Shown here piece after piece: positions 49,861 through 63,901 of a DNA stretch of 64,000 nt (position 1 is its first letter; each line of letters begins with the position of its first letter). The stretch spans positions 171,306,001 through 171,370,000 of the forward strand of contig NC_042997.1 of the NCBI RefSeq assembly GCF_006345805.1, in the 5' to 3' direction. The position numbers and the translations under genes are program-made. The notes beneath the pieces are model-generated. The model ran no database searches, had not been told where the DNA came from, and worked only from the letters and a program-made list of their open reading frames with translations. This DNA is from Octopus sinensis. Taxonomy: Eukaryota.

Positions 49861-51379
49861 GATCATATAATTAGTTGAATGAACTGACCCCGGTACTTTT
49901 TTTTTTAAGCCTGATACTTATTCTATCAGTCACTTTTGTCAAACTGCTAAGTTATAAGAATGTGGTGAACACACCAACACCAGTTGTCAAGCGGTGGAGG
50001 TGGGAACAAACACAGACACAAAATCACACACAGATATATATATACACACACTGTGGTTGAAGAGACCCTGTGCTTGACGAGACCTATTGAGTCAAGTACA
50101 TCAACATCAAAAAAATCAAATGGAAATTTTAGCTGTGATACCTGTGCACATTACACGTAAAAAGCACCATCCGAATGTGGCCGATGCCAGTGCCGCCTTG
50201 ACCGGCTTCTGTGCTGGTGGCACATAAAATGCACCAACTGATCGTGGCCATTGCCAGCCTTACCTGGCACCTGTACCGGTGGCATGCAAAAAGCACCCAC
50301 TACATTCATGGAGTGGTTGGCGTTAGGAAGGGCATCCAGCTGTAGAAACACTGCCAGATCAGACTGGCGCCTGGAAAACGGACGTTAAATGATGATGATA
50401 TGTATATGGTGTGTTTACATTCTTATAACGTAGCAGTTTGGCAAAGGAGACTGATAGAATAAATATCAAGTTTTAAAAAGTTTCTGGGGTTGATTCATTC
50501 AACTAAAAGTTCTTCAATGCGGTGCCCCAGCATGGCCGCAGTCTAATGACTGAAACAAGTAAAAGACGAAAAGAATGAAGTGTGTGTGTGGATATCACAT
50601 GACTGTTGTATGCAAGCAAGGCTTCGAGTCTTCCATGAAAAACATGTCTATCCATGTGAAAATATTACCGTGCTTGAAAACAGGTGAGGGTTTGTGACAG
50701 GAAGGGCATCCAGCTTTAGAAAAATCTGCCTCAGCAAATTCCATTGAGCCATACAAGCATAGTGGAATATTGGTCATTAAATTATGATGATGGATATGAG
50801 ATCTGAACAGGATTTAGCTGTTATCTCTAGCAAAGTAAGCAACCTCTTAGTGGCTCCTTTGCTGATACATCACAGCAGTTGTTTATGATAAGTGCAAGTC
50901 ATACTAAATATCTCTCAACAGAAATACTGAGTCAGAACATCCACTCTTTGCAAAATAATTTACACCATTTACGCTGCTATTTATCTTTTCATTAAATACT
51001 TACCTCAAACTTCACACCTTTATATCATGCTGGTGATGTTTATAAGTTGACTAAATTGATTTATGAAAGTTACGAAACATACTCCATATTTATTTTCTTA
51101 TCACAGCTTTGGCATCTTTTGAAGTAGAGTTTATCATATTTGGGATTTCTTGCATTCCTGCAATTATTCCTTGTCTGGGAATATAGAATAGCATTAAGAT
51201 AACATAGCAGAAGAATGAAAGGCAACAGATTGTGGTGTTCATGTGTGTGTATGCATGGTGTGATGGTCTGAGCATAATATGAGTGCAATTGTGTGTGTGT
51301 GTGTGTGTGTGTGTGCATATGATGATAAGTTACTTGCTAGATTTTATAGGGATTCATTGTACAGTGTGTATGTGCATGT

Positions 51380-51407
51380 GCATATATATATATATGTGTG
51401 TGTGTGT

Positions 51408-51450
<43 letters not shown>

Positions 51451-51985
51451 TATATATATATGTATGTTATAATATATATGTATATATATATATGTATGTA
51501 TATATATATATGTATGTATATATATATATATGTATATATATATGTATATGTATGTATATATATATATGTATATATGTATGTATATATATATATGTATATA
51601 TATATGTATGTATATATATATGTATATATATAGTATATATATATGTATATGTATGTATATATAATATGTATATGTATGTATATATATATGTATATATATA
51701 TGTATGTATGTATGTATATATATATATGTATATATATATGTATGTATGTATGTATATATATATATGTATATATATATGTATGTATATATATATATGTATA
51801 TATATATGTATGTATATATATATATGTATATATGTATGTATATATATATATGTATATATGTATGTATATATATATATGTATATATGTATGTATATGTATA
51901 TATGTATGTATATATATATATATATGTATGTATATATATATATGTATATATATGTATTTACATATGTATATGTGAATATACTTGT
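51380..51985. repeat. (TA)n/(TATG)n compound microsatellite
   Basis: Direct inspection; similar tracts at 52320-52505, 52975-53180, 57240-57600. Confidence 0.95.
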
Positions 51986-52325
51986 GTGTGTGTCTGTGTG
52001 TGTGTGTGTGCGTGTGTGTTGGTGTGTCTGTCCGTCACTCTGCTTGTAATGTTTCTCCAGAACCAATATAGGTTAACTTTATTGATAATATGTAACATAC
52101 AAAATATGAAAAAGGAATATATGTGTCATGTTAAAATTTTGCTCTTTTTAGATATACTTTCATGCAGACACAAAAACACTCATCTATATACACATAGATA
52201 CATGTGCACTCACATGCGTGTCTGCTCATATGCATATGTATGCATATGTATATTCCAATTATATTCCAAGTATATATGTGTAGAGAAAAATATAACTGTT
52301 ATGTGTATGTGTGAATATCTGTATG

Positions 52326-52392
<67 letters not shown>

Positions 52393-52393
52393 G

Positions 52394-52486
<93 letters not shown>

Positions 52487-53061
52487 TATATATACATACA
52501 TATATACAACGAGCTTCTTTCAGTTTCCGTCTTCCAAATCTACTCACAAGACTTTGGTCAGCCTGAGGCTATAGTAGAAGACACTTGCCCAAGGTGCCAC
52601 GCAGGGGGACTGAACCCAGAACCATGTGGTTCGTAAGCAAGCTACTAATCACACAGCCACTCCTACACCCATATTCTTTATATTTTGTATTTTGTATTGC
52701 AATTAGTAAATAATGGCTCCATTGATCACAGGTTTCCAAAATGTCAATCACTGGTCAATGGTTCATTGCATTTCTGATGAAGAGAATGGCGCAGTAATAT
52801 CTGTGTAACTAGGGGCAGAGTAAATATCACAAGGGACTGCATTAGAAATACATTCTTTTTCCATGTCTTTTGCTAATGCCTACTTACATCTGTTACTGAT
52901 AGACTGATAGACATTGAAAAATGCATACAGAAAGGATATGCATACATATTAGGCCTGACTGTGTCATTGAGAAGTATATATATATGTGTGTGTGTGTATG
53001 TATGTATGTATGTATGTATGTATGTATATATATAAATATACACATACATACATACACACAA

Positions 53062-53096
<35 letters not shown>

Positions 53097-53529
53097 TATT
53101 ATATATATAAATAATATATAAATATATGCATATATACATACACATATGTACATACCTACATATATATGTATATATACATGCATATATGGGTACAGGATAT
53201 CAAAAAAGCTTTGAACGCAATGAGAAACAAAAACATAAAAACCAACTCTTTTTCGAACAATGAAAAAAACAAACAGGGAAACAAGACATGCAACATAAAA
53301 GAATATTTTCCTGCTTCAGTTGTCCCTGTTTCATCTACTCCACGTTTCGAAGGCAAGGACAATACGCGACTTCGTTGAAACAGTCCTTCCCACAAAACAA
53401 ATTAAATTAAATTTGGAATTTGTTGCAGAGGATGAAAGTGGTAACAAGAACAGGACAGTGAGAAAAAATCTCAAATTTTCCAGCCTTTTTTGTATGATGT
53501 GGTGAATGCACTATTTGCCTTGTCTAATT

Positions 53530-53830
53530 TATTGTTGACTTTTTTTCTCAATTTTGGCATCTGATGAGGAGGCGTACCCTAGGTAGGTGAACTGTTTGAC
53601 TCTCTTTAGTCCATTCTTCCTGATGTTGATGTGAGGTGGGTAATATTCTTGCTGTGGTGTGGGTTGGTGGAGGATTTTTGTTTTCTTTAAACTAACTTCT
53701 AGGCCAAAGTGCCTGGCAAAGCAAGAAGTAATGCATTGCAGGCCTATCTCTGTGTGGGAAATAAGGGCAGCAGTATTGGCTATTTGCAACATCAGTGACT
53801 GAAAAGTCACTGTTATTCTATATATATATC
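53530..53830 (-). mobile_element. RTE-BovB-like RT fragment
   Basis: FARHFGLEVSLKKTKILHQP...VKQFTYLG...SDAKIEK, typical of the post-YADD region of RTE. Confidence 0.8.
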
Positions 53831-55664
53831 ATTGGTAGTGACATTTGGCTGGTATGTGGCAAGCGGATCCCTGCCACTGAGGAAGTGCAGTATGCTAAAA
53901 TCACATGATCATACAGTTCTGGCACTCATACCAGATGATTCTCATCAGTTAACATATGTCTGTGCTCTTAGCACCATACATCCATATGAGATCTCTCAAG
54001 GTGAGTGCTACAGTAGTTGGTATTCTAATAAAATATCTTCATTAAATAAGAGATAAAAATTGCCACATGCACACACACACACACATGATAGGATATTTTT
54101 AGTTTCCTTCTACCAAATCTACTCATAAAGCTTTAGTTGGACTAAGGCTATAGTAAAAGACATTTGTCGAAAGTGCTGCCATGCAGTGAAATTGAACCTG
54201 AAACCACAATGTCTTGAGGTGAGTTTCTTAACCACACAGTTATGCTTGCGCCTTGTAAAATCTGAAAGGAATTAACTAAAGCACTGAAATATCAGATGAT
54301 ACAGAAATTCTACAAATCCAAAACACACTACACACTCATCCTTATGAAAATAAGAAGGGGAAAAAAAACAAAACTAAATAAATAAAACAAATAGGTACAC
54401 ACACACTCACACACATTCACATACACCAAGCCAAATTGCCCTGTAAAACCAAACCAAAAAAAAAGAAAAAAGAAAAAATGTTCTTCAATAGCCAAATAGT
54501 TTCTATTGATATCCAGACACACAGTAATGAATTCTATTGATTGATCTTTTGACTGTCTTTATAACTATCAATCATTGTATTGTATTTGATATTATCCAAA
54601 TAGATACTGCCGCTCGTGGTTTTGTTTGCAATTGGTTTCATTTCTTTTCAATGTTTTCATTCTTTTTCTTTAAACCCTTTTAATACCAACCTGCCTGGTT
54701 CTTTAATAAAACCTTCTTGTTCTAAAGTAATCTAAATTAAAGCCTTTTATTGAAATTTCATGTCAATTATGTCTCAAACATCAGCTTAATTATGACTAAG
54801 TTATTTTATGAAATTCTTTATTATCGAAATTTGTTTAAAGAAATAAAATATATTACTACATGAATTTTGCAACAAAAGTGTGAAAGAATGATCTAGAATC
54901 AGATGATCCTTGCTGCTCAAATGCAGTGTGACTCAAGATAGGTAGACTTTCTAAGCTTTCTACTATAGGTTTTTGCAATCGTTTTCATACGTTTGTCATC
55001 CAATTTGATAATCGGGTCATTCAAAGTTGCGAAAAAATTATCGGAGAGTAAAAGAGTAAAAGAGTAAAAAAAAGCCATGAAGTTAGACATTCAAATTAAT
55101 TTTTCGATCATTCAATTTCGCACTTTAGTCATATAATTTAGCATTTACATCATTCAAATTAAAATGCCCACCGGGAACATTCAAATTAGTCAGAATGTAA
55201 GGAAGTATCTTCTTGAGCCTTCAAATTCATTTTGGAACAATCTATTTAACACTTCAAGCAATCAAATTAGCATGATAGCCATTTTGGCTTTATCTCATAA
55301 TCATTGTTATCATAATCATGTGTTTTCATCTACTATTTATGCTTTAAGCTCATATCTTTTCTACATATTCTTTTATTTTTGAATAAGTACATGTATTTAT
55401 AGTTAAGGACTTCATGAAATCACATTCAAGCCTTTACAATTTTTTAAAGAAACTCACAATTACAACAAATGCTCATTTTCTTTGGTTTTGAATACATTGT
55501 GTTGTGAAATGTGTTCTTCCTTTGCATAATATGTCTTGCTGGGAAAAGTATATATTTCTTTGATTTTGCATTCTTTCTTTCATTGTGGAAAGGGTGCTAT
55601 GCACACTAAAATAATGATTGATATACATTTTTGATAAGGAGAGTTTGAGAGAATTTAGCCATCT

Positions 55665-56050
55665 ATTTTCTGGTGGTTGAGGCATCTCAGGAGTTAGGTC
55701 TGGGTGTCTCTATACCAACAAACACGATTTTCTGGAGTGATAGCGTTGATGTTACACCTTGCAACCTGTTGTACGACATGTGCTTGCCATTCTTCCATGG
55801 TCTAGTCAGCTTCTTCTGGAGCTGCCCAGTTACAAACCTTTTGCTGCAACTCAGCTTGAGTGAGGTCCCATTTCATGGCCGCCTTAAAGGCAGAATGTGC
55901 CATTTCCTTACTATTAAGAAACAGCAAGTAGGGAGGAAGGAGTTTCAGACTGAGCCATGTGTTGGCATCAGCTGGGAGCTCGGCACAAATGTGAGAACAT
56001 GTTGGCACATGCTCAAACTGTTTCTGCCAAGAACTCCTCGAAAGAATTTC
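55665..56050 (-). mobile_element. Tc1/IS630-like transposase C-terminal remnant
   Basis: LKLLPPYLLFLNSKEMAHSAFKAAMK resembles LPPYSPxLNPIE..S..K; followed by ITPENRVCWY...LLRCL; contains stops. Confidence 0.6.
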
Positions 56051-57565
56051 ATGTAATTGTATTGTTCACAATGGAGTGGTGAACCAGGCAAATTGGAGAC
56101 TGGTGCAGCCATCTGGTTCGCCAGTTCTCAGTCAAATCGTCCAACCCATGCTAACATGGAAAGCGGACGTTAAACGATGATGATGATGATGAAGATGATG
56201 ATGATCTCGTCTTCTTCACATGAAAAGATGCCTCATTATGATGGTCCATGGCATCATAACAAACACGAGACTGACCTGCTAGAAACACCAGCAAAACCTC
56301 CTTCAATCATCTTAGTAAAAGAAAGCATTGTACAGTTGTTCTCGATACACAAACAGACGAGGTGGTCACTGCTGGACATCTATGATCACATAGGTCTGTT
56401 CATTTAAAATTTACTAGGGGGCTAAATAACCATGACAACAACAAAAATGATGACAATGATAGCCGCAACATCAGCAACAACAACAAGCACAGTGAGAAAT
56501 TCCTTGCTGTAGAACATCCAGTAAACACTGAAATAAACTAGAGAACCTCCTGCTGCTTAGTTTATTCAATGTGTTGAAATGCCAAACCAATTTGCTATTC
56601 ATTAACTTGCACTAGCTCCAAAGAACAATCCTACCAATTTAGAATTTCTTGGATACAAGCTGGATTACAGTTTCTTGTATTTTCGGTATGTAATTATGTA
56701 GCTCTACCTCATCTGTTGCTATCAATATATATAAATATATCTAAAAAAAAAAGGTAAAGAAAAACTAGAGGCCGTCACTGTATTTTATCAAATTTGTTTC
56801 TTAAGACTGATTAAATGTTTACTCTGGAACTTTGGAAAAAAATAATTTTGCAAAAAAAAAAAAAAAAAATTAGAAAAAATAAATTAGACTGTGGAGGATG
56901 AGGATAATGATATTGTGGATGAAGTGAGAGATGAGGGAAGCTCCTGTGACCTTTGAATCTTCCTACCAAACTGTTGAAGTCAATGTGGTTGATGTTCGGA
57001 GTGAACTTCTGAAGATCATCATCATCATCATCATCACCACCATCAACACCATTACCACCACCACCACCACTACCACCACCACCACCACCACCACCACCAC
57101 CACCGCAAAAACCACCACCATCATCATCATCATCATCATCGTTTTTAATGTTCATTTTTCCGAGCTTGCATAGGTCGGATGCAATTTGTTGAGATTGATC
57201 TATGGTTGGATGCCCTTCCTGTCACAAACCTTCGTCTGCATATGTATATGAATATGTATATATATATGTATATATATGTGTATATATGTATACATATGTG
57301 TTATATATATAAGCTGGCAACTTGGTCTGTCCACCACAGTATATATATATATATATATTATATAATATATATATATATGTATGTATTATATATGTATGTA
57401 TTATATATATGTATGTATTATATATATGTATGTATTATATATATGTATGTATTATATATATGTATGTATTATATATATGTATGTATTATATATATGTATG
57501 TATTATATACATATATATATAATATACATATATATATATGTATATATACAAACATACATACATAT

Positions 57566-57606
<41 letters not shown>

Positions 57607-57902
57607 GGTGGACAGACCAAGTTGCCAGCTTGCCTGATAGCAAGTGGGCCTCTGCATCATTAGAATCCATATATGGGGGCCCATGTTAGTATCAAGTTTG
57701 AGAATTTTTTACTCACTCCTGGAAGAATACATTAATTATTTCAGCCTGGCTGTGTTTGTAGACTGTTGAAAAGATTATTTTTAACAAAAAAAAAAAAATT
57801 AAATTATAGCATTGTAGTTGCGGGTGGGTCCCCTTAGTCTCCTGGCAACCAATGTTTTTAGACCTAGTCCGCCACTGTATACATAAGTGTGTGTATATAC
57901 GA

Positions 57903-57939
<37 letters not shown>

Positions 57940-58157
57940 TATATGTGTGTGTGTATAGATATATATAGGTATATAGATATATAGATATATATATACACAC
58001 ACATATATATATACCATACAGGGGAACCATCTCAAAAGGTTTTATTTTTTTTAAAGCCTGGTACTCATTTTGTTGGTCTCTTTTGTGGAACTGTTATGCT
58101 ATGTGGACATAAACAAACTAACACCAGTTGTTAAGCTATGGTAAGGGACAAACACAA

Positions 58158-58195
<38 letters not shown>

Positions 58196-58198
<3 letters not shown>

Positions 58199-58380
58199 AT
58201 CCAAACAAGAAAGCACAAAAAAACACAACAATGCGAGGACGTGGAACAAATACAGTATTATTGGACACTCAGGAAAGAAGGAGGATTTAACGTTTCGAGC
58301 GGAGCTCTTCGTCGGAAACATAGGAGAAGGGAAGACAGAGGAAAAAAAATCGCCAACGGTACACACGCGGTCACATTTAT
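58196..58380 (-). mobile_element. PLE-type tail fragment with hammerhead, between (TA)n tracts
   Basis: Hammerhead at 58285-58319; TA repeats on both sides. Confidence 0.7.
58285..58319 (-). ncRNA. Minimal type I hammerhead ribozyme (CCGACGA core variant)
   Basis: GUUU-CCGACGA-A-GAGC[UCC]GCUC-GAAAC-GUU-AAAU; palindromic ACGU stem III. Confidence 0.72.
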
Positions 58381-59989
58381 ATATATATTTATCTATGTAT
58401 GTAGATGTCTATATATGTGTATGCTAGTGTAAATTTTAATACTATGTATTGTTTTGGTGTTATCATGAGGTATACAGTATGTAAAATATTAACGATCTTC
58501 TGAGTTACTTTATTTCCCCCGAGGTATCAATCTATATAAACCAGTGAAGATCAGCCAGAGACTTACATTGCTACATAGTCAACTTCAATATATTCTAGTC
58601 TGGTGAAGATTCTGAATGCAAATTCTGGCTAGGTGGAGTGATTGAGAGAGCTTTTAAAGTTGAGTTGTTTTATCTCTACCTGATAAAGAATAATATTTGA
58701 GCCGTCAAATTTATAAGTTTCAAGGATGGTTTTTCCCTTTAAGATATTAAAATGCCGCCAGAAATACAATAAAAGTTGTCTGCAAATATCTTTAGTACAA
58801 TTTCATCATAATTTGACTAAGAATATGCTTGTGTATTGTGCTGTTATTTTTAATGTTATGGTGACCAGCCTGTGGTGGTATAGGTATTCAAACTATTTTG
58901 GTATTCTATTAGAATACCAAAATAGTTTGAACACTACATTTCTCTAGAATTTATTAAAGCTGTTGCTATACCAAAGTCTAAGTATTTTAGTTCAATATTA
59001 TTTCATTCTTGGCAATATCACATTAATTCCTCCTGCACCATATCTTGACTCTAACTGTTGTTAGGCAGTTATGAGGTACACATACTTTTGCTGGGCCAGA
59101 AAGGTGAGAAAATATTGTGAAAAGGCATTTGGTATAGATCTCTCAATTTATCCATTTCTTACTTGTTTCAGTCAGACTGCAGCCATGCTGGGGCAACACC
59201 TTGAAGGATTTAGTCAAATAAACTGACACCAAGTACTTTTTGTTTCTCAAGTTTGGCACTTTTTGCCAAACTGCTGGGTTATGAGAACACAAACAAAGCA
59301 ACACTGGTTGCCAAGTGGTGGTGGGGACAATCATAAACACACATATTCACATGTGCACACACATATCATCATCATCATTACCACCACCACCACTACCACT
59401 ACCACAACCACCAAAACCACCACCACAACCACAACGACGACGACGACCACCACCACCACCACCACCATCACCACCATCATCATCATCATCATCATCATTT
59501 AACATCTGCTCTCCACATGTTGAGCTTCTTTCAATTTCTATCTACTAAATCCACTCACAGGCTTTGGTCAGCCCAAGGCTCTAGTAGAAGGTACTTGCCC
59601 AAGGTACCACACAATGGGACTGAATCCAGAACTATGTGACTGGGAATCAAACTTCTAATCCCACAGCCACACCTGCACCTGTTTCCCTAATGTATCTTAA
59701 ACAAGACATATTCACTGGCTATGGCCAAGCTGGGGCACCACCTTCAAGGATATACTTACCAATTATACTGACTATTCTCCCTACCAGTTCTTGTTGTATC
59801 AATTGGGACTTATTTTATCCACTTGAGAAAGATGATTTAGCAGTTTGGGTCTGCATGGGATTTGAACTCAGAACATGAATGTAACTAAATTCCTTGAAGT
59901 ATTTAATTCTATAAATTATCGTTTCTGCTATCTGTCTACCTTAATTAAATCTTTTTTTCATATTAAATAATAAGTAAATGTGCCCTTTT

Positions 59990-60225
59990 AAAACCTAGCC
60001 AGGCTCATGGGCCCGGTTTTCTGGTTTCTATGGCATATGTGTTCCTCAGCTGGATGGGACACCAGTCCATCGCAGCGTTACTCATTTTTGCCAGCTGAGT
60101 GGACTGGGGAAGCGTGAAATGAAGTGTTTTGCTCAAGAACACAACGCGTTGCCCGGTCCAGAAATCGAAACCACAATCTTACGATCATGGTGCTGACACC
60201 CTAACCACTAAGCCATGCACCTCCA
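59990..60225 (-). mobile_element. tRNA-headed SINE (family B-related)
   Basis: Reverse-strand head gtggaggtgcatggcttagtggttagggtg...gtttcgatttct. Confidence 0.75.
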
Positions 60226-61017
60226 CTTTTTTTTTTTTACATATTACTGTTTCTTTTCCTTTTAATTACCATCTACCTGTGCACCTATAAAATATAATGT
60301 AGACATCAAATATTTTCATATTATGACAGGCTATAGAGACAAGCACAAAATGTGTGTTCAGATGAGTATAACCTTCTGATGAGAAAAACAAAAATGTACT
60401 GATAGGAAATTAGATTACATGGAATATATTTTCTTCGTTTTCTCCAAGTGCCAGCCAGAATTGGAATCCTGTCATGTCAGGCTTGAATGCCCTATCTTGT
60501 AATAACAATGAAGGACAGGTTATAAATCAAAATGTGACTTTCACACTTCCTGTTAGCTATCAAAGCAACAGTAAAATAGAAAGTTATGAAAATTGAAGTT
60601 GGCCTTCCGACATTATGCCAATGTCCAGAACATTCTACTGCATTCTACCATCATCCATTCTGCCTGTTAATCGTCGCTAACCATAGCCAAATATATCATT
60701 AAAGAGCACTGAGTATAAATGAGAATATCATATTGCTAACATAGAATAGAACACTACATTTCTTTATTTATATTTATATACCGCCACTTGATATGTGTGT
60801 ATGCATGTGTATGTGAGTAAGACGGTATAAGTGTATATGTGTGGAAATACAAGCATACTTCATACATAGACACATATTTACATACATACTCTCTCACATT
60901 CGCAGCTACAAATACATACATCTAAACCTCAGTACTAAGACAGAAGTTGAAGAGTATGGTGAAGTTTGGATTGACAGATTGTGCAGAAAGAGAAAAATTT
61001 AAAGAAAGAGATAACAT

Positions 61018-61018
<1 letters not shown>

Positions 61019-61049
<31 letters not shown>

Positions 61050-61068
61050 AATAATAATAATGATAATA

Positions 61069-61103
<35 letters not shown>

Positions 61104-61650
61104 GAAATTATTGTATACAGTGCTCAGGTGCACCACAACATGTCAAAAGTGCGTATAAAGCATATGCAGCCATGTACAAATGTCTGGGAAGTGAGCAGTG
61201 TATGAGTCAGATACATGCTTGCATGTGTATGGAGGGGAGAAAATCAGGTGTAGTGTTGGCGAATCTCAGGAAGCATGGAAGTTTTGAAGGATGCAGTGCT
61301 CCGACAACTAACAACTGACGCCAGCAGTTTGCTCCATTCTTCAGTAACTCTTAGTGTGAAAAAATGTTTCCGAAAGTCATGGGAGCTGTGCTGTTTTCTG
61401 ACTTTGTAAACATGTCCACGGGTGTTAGACGGGTGGAGTTTGAAAAGGTACTCAGAGTTATTGTTAGTAAGATGGTTAATAATTTTATGGGTGTCTGCCA
61501 AGTCAGCTGCCAGACGTTGGAGTTTCAATGTATCCATGCCCAGGGAAGTAAGGCGTTCAAAATATGGAAAATGCCTGATGGAGGGTATTCTCTTGGTTGC
61601 ACATCACTGAACGGTTTCCAGACGATTAATATCCTGGGCATATATCAAAG
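61019..61650 (-). mobile_element. CR1/L2-group LINE 3' fragment with (ATT)n tail
   Basis: TLKLQRLAADL..THKII...TRGHVYKVRKQ...FRKHFFTLRVTEEWSKL, typical CR1-group C-terminus; 3' UTR then ATT repeats at 61019-61105. Confidence 0.82.
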
Positions 61651-62680
61651 GTGAGAGCAGCGAATTCCCAAAATTCTTCAGAATTAACATTTCAAGAATA
61701 TTCCAAGGAAGAATGATTGGTAACAATATTCATAAAGTTTATAGAGACTATGTTGATGTGGTTACCATAGTATAGGTTCCATATTTCAATGTGAGTTGAA
61801 GTGGCAGAATTGCTTTATCTTAGATGAACCTGGGATTTGAAACTTCTGGTAAGAACTGTACTGTGGGCAAGTTTGGGAGAGCAGCTTGCATTCTACTCAG
61901 AATAGGGGTCTGTGTAGAATATAATGCTTGACTGGAATCAGTATGGGCACCAACATCACCATCGTCATCATCATCATTATCCTCATCATTTTTTTGTTTA
62001 GTACCAGGTCAATTAGATTGAGCTGATCTATGGTCAAAAGAGTTATGATCATAACCATCTCATTTTCCATAGCATTATGTATTTTATTAACAATCAGCAA
62101 AAGCTACAAAATGACTCAAGGGCCAAGGGTTTCATGTGTTGGAATTTACCTAGAACTAAGTTATCTCATTTGTCCTTCATTTGTATGTAGTTTGAAGAAG
62201 ATACGGCTGGCTGCTATTTCTAGCTGGTCAGGTGATTAAGTAGAGGCTTCCGTCTGTGCCCAATTGAACATTTGGTTGTTGCTGTTGCTGTTTAGCTCAT
62301 GCCAACTTTGACTGATCACAATTATGATGAAAGACTTTCCAGTTATGACAGTTTGTATGATGATGGTGATGATGACAATAAGTGTGATTAAGTACATTAA
62401 CATGTGTGTTTGAATTTGTGTATGTATGTATCTATGGGTATATATAATAATCACCTCATGGTAAGGTCACAAGAGGAAGCTATGTGAAACTCACATACAT
62501 ATATCTTTTATCTTTTACTCATTTCATGCTGGGGCATTGCCTTGAAGGGTTTAGTCAAACAAATTGACCCTAGTACTTATTTTCTTCTTTTTCAGCCTGG
62601 TATCTATTCTATCAGTATCTTTTGCTGAACCACTATGTTATGGGGACATAAACAAACCAACACTCATTGTCAAGTGGTAG

Positions 62681-62714
<34 letters not shown>

Positions 62715-62733
62715 TTATATATATATATATACA

Positions 62734-63661
62734 CCATAAATCCTTGAGTATAATCTGCATTTTTTCCCTAAAATTTAAAGGTCAAAATCCCTAGTGCATA
62801 TTATACACGAGGTTAAAAATGAAAATGATTTTCTAAGCAGTGTCCGAGTCTCTATTTGCTGTCCAGCAATGTTTATTCAGATGCATTTTGTGATGTCGGC
62901 CACGAAAATACCTTAAGCTAAGCCTGAAAGCAATGAAGTCATTAAAGAATCATCCATAACTTGCAGTAAGCAATATTTATTAAACATTATTACTGTTATT
63001 TCTTTATTTTATGCAAACAAAATGCACAAAAAAGCTACACATTTGCACCCCTTCTCTAACTTGAGTCAAGGAGGTCTATATAACATCCATGGTTTGTAAA
63101 AATGTATGCAGTAGCGTACTTTATTATACAATAATAATAAAGTACGCTACTGCATACATTTTTACAAACCAAGGATGTTATATAGACCTCCTTGACTCAA
63201 GTTAGAGAAGGGGTGCGTATTATACACAAGGTTTAGGTTTTTCAGCCAGCCATATCTTCTTCAAACTACATACAAATGAAGGACAGATGAGATAACTTAG
63301 TTCTAGGTAAATTCCAACACATGAAACCCTTGGCCCTTGAGTCATTTTGTAGCTTCTGCTGATTGTTAATAAAATACATAATGCTACGGAAATGAGATGG
63401 TTACGATCATAACTCTTTTGACCATAGATCAGCTCAATCTAATTGACCTGGTACTAAACAAAAAAATGATGAGGATAATGATGATGATGACGATGGGGAT
63501 GTTGGTGCCCACACTGATTCCAGTCAAGCACTATATTCTACACAGACCCCTATTCTCAGGAGAATGCAAGCTGCTCTCCCAAACTTGCCCACAGTACAAA
63601 TCTGCCTTAAAAATCCCATTCGTATTATACTCAAGGGCAGTCTATACTCGAGGATTTACGG
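62734..63661. mobile_element. Non-autonomous Tc2/pogo-like DNA transposon with rearranged interior
   Basis: TIRs ccataaatccttgagtata / tatactcgaggatttacgg, TA at the 3' side; family assignment from the CCGTA-type terminus is inference. Confidence 0.75.
63243..63598 (-). repeat. Inverted duplicate of 61857-62213 inside the transposon
   Basis: About 356 bp of near-identical reverse-complement match, which also explains the twin ORFs 61897-62100(-) and 63397-63678(+). Confidence 0.95.
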
Positions 63662-63901
63662 TATGTATTCATATATAAAATATACAAGGCATTTTTTGTC
63701 AGATGACTGAAACTAAAAGGTATGTACTCTGAGTGCTCAGTTTGGTACACCACTAAAATTCAAGTATAAATTGCAGTTGAATATGTGATTTTGCAATTGC
63801 CTTTCTAAAGCAGCTAGAAATGCCTTCCCCTTGAGCAGGTGTGTATTGATTAAAAGAGAAATGAAGAAGTAAACAATTTGGTTAGACTTGACAAGGACAT
63901 T

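Noticed and set aside
51004-51174. 171-nt minus-strand segment with good acceptor and GAG|gtaagta donor
   Set aside because: Stop codons in all three frames; could only be a non-coding exon and there is no further support
56641-56712. Minus-strand frame DEVELHNYIPKIQETVIQLVSKKF
   Set aside because: Short, ends in a stop, and has a poor acceptor; any resemblance to known proteins is too weak
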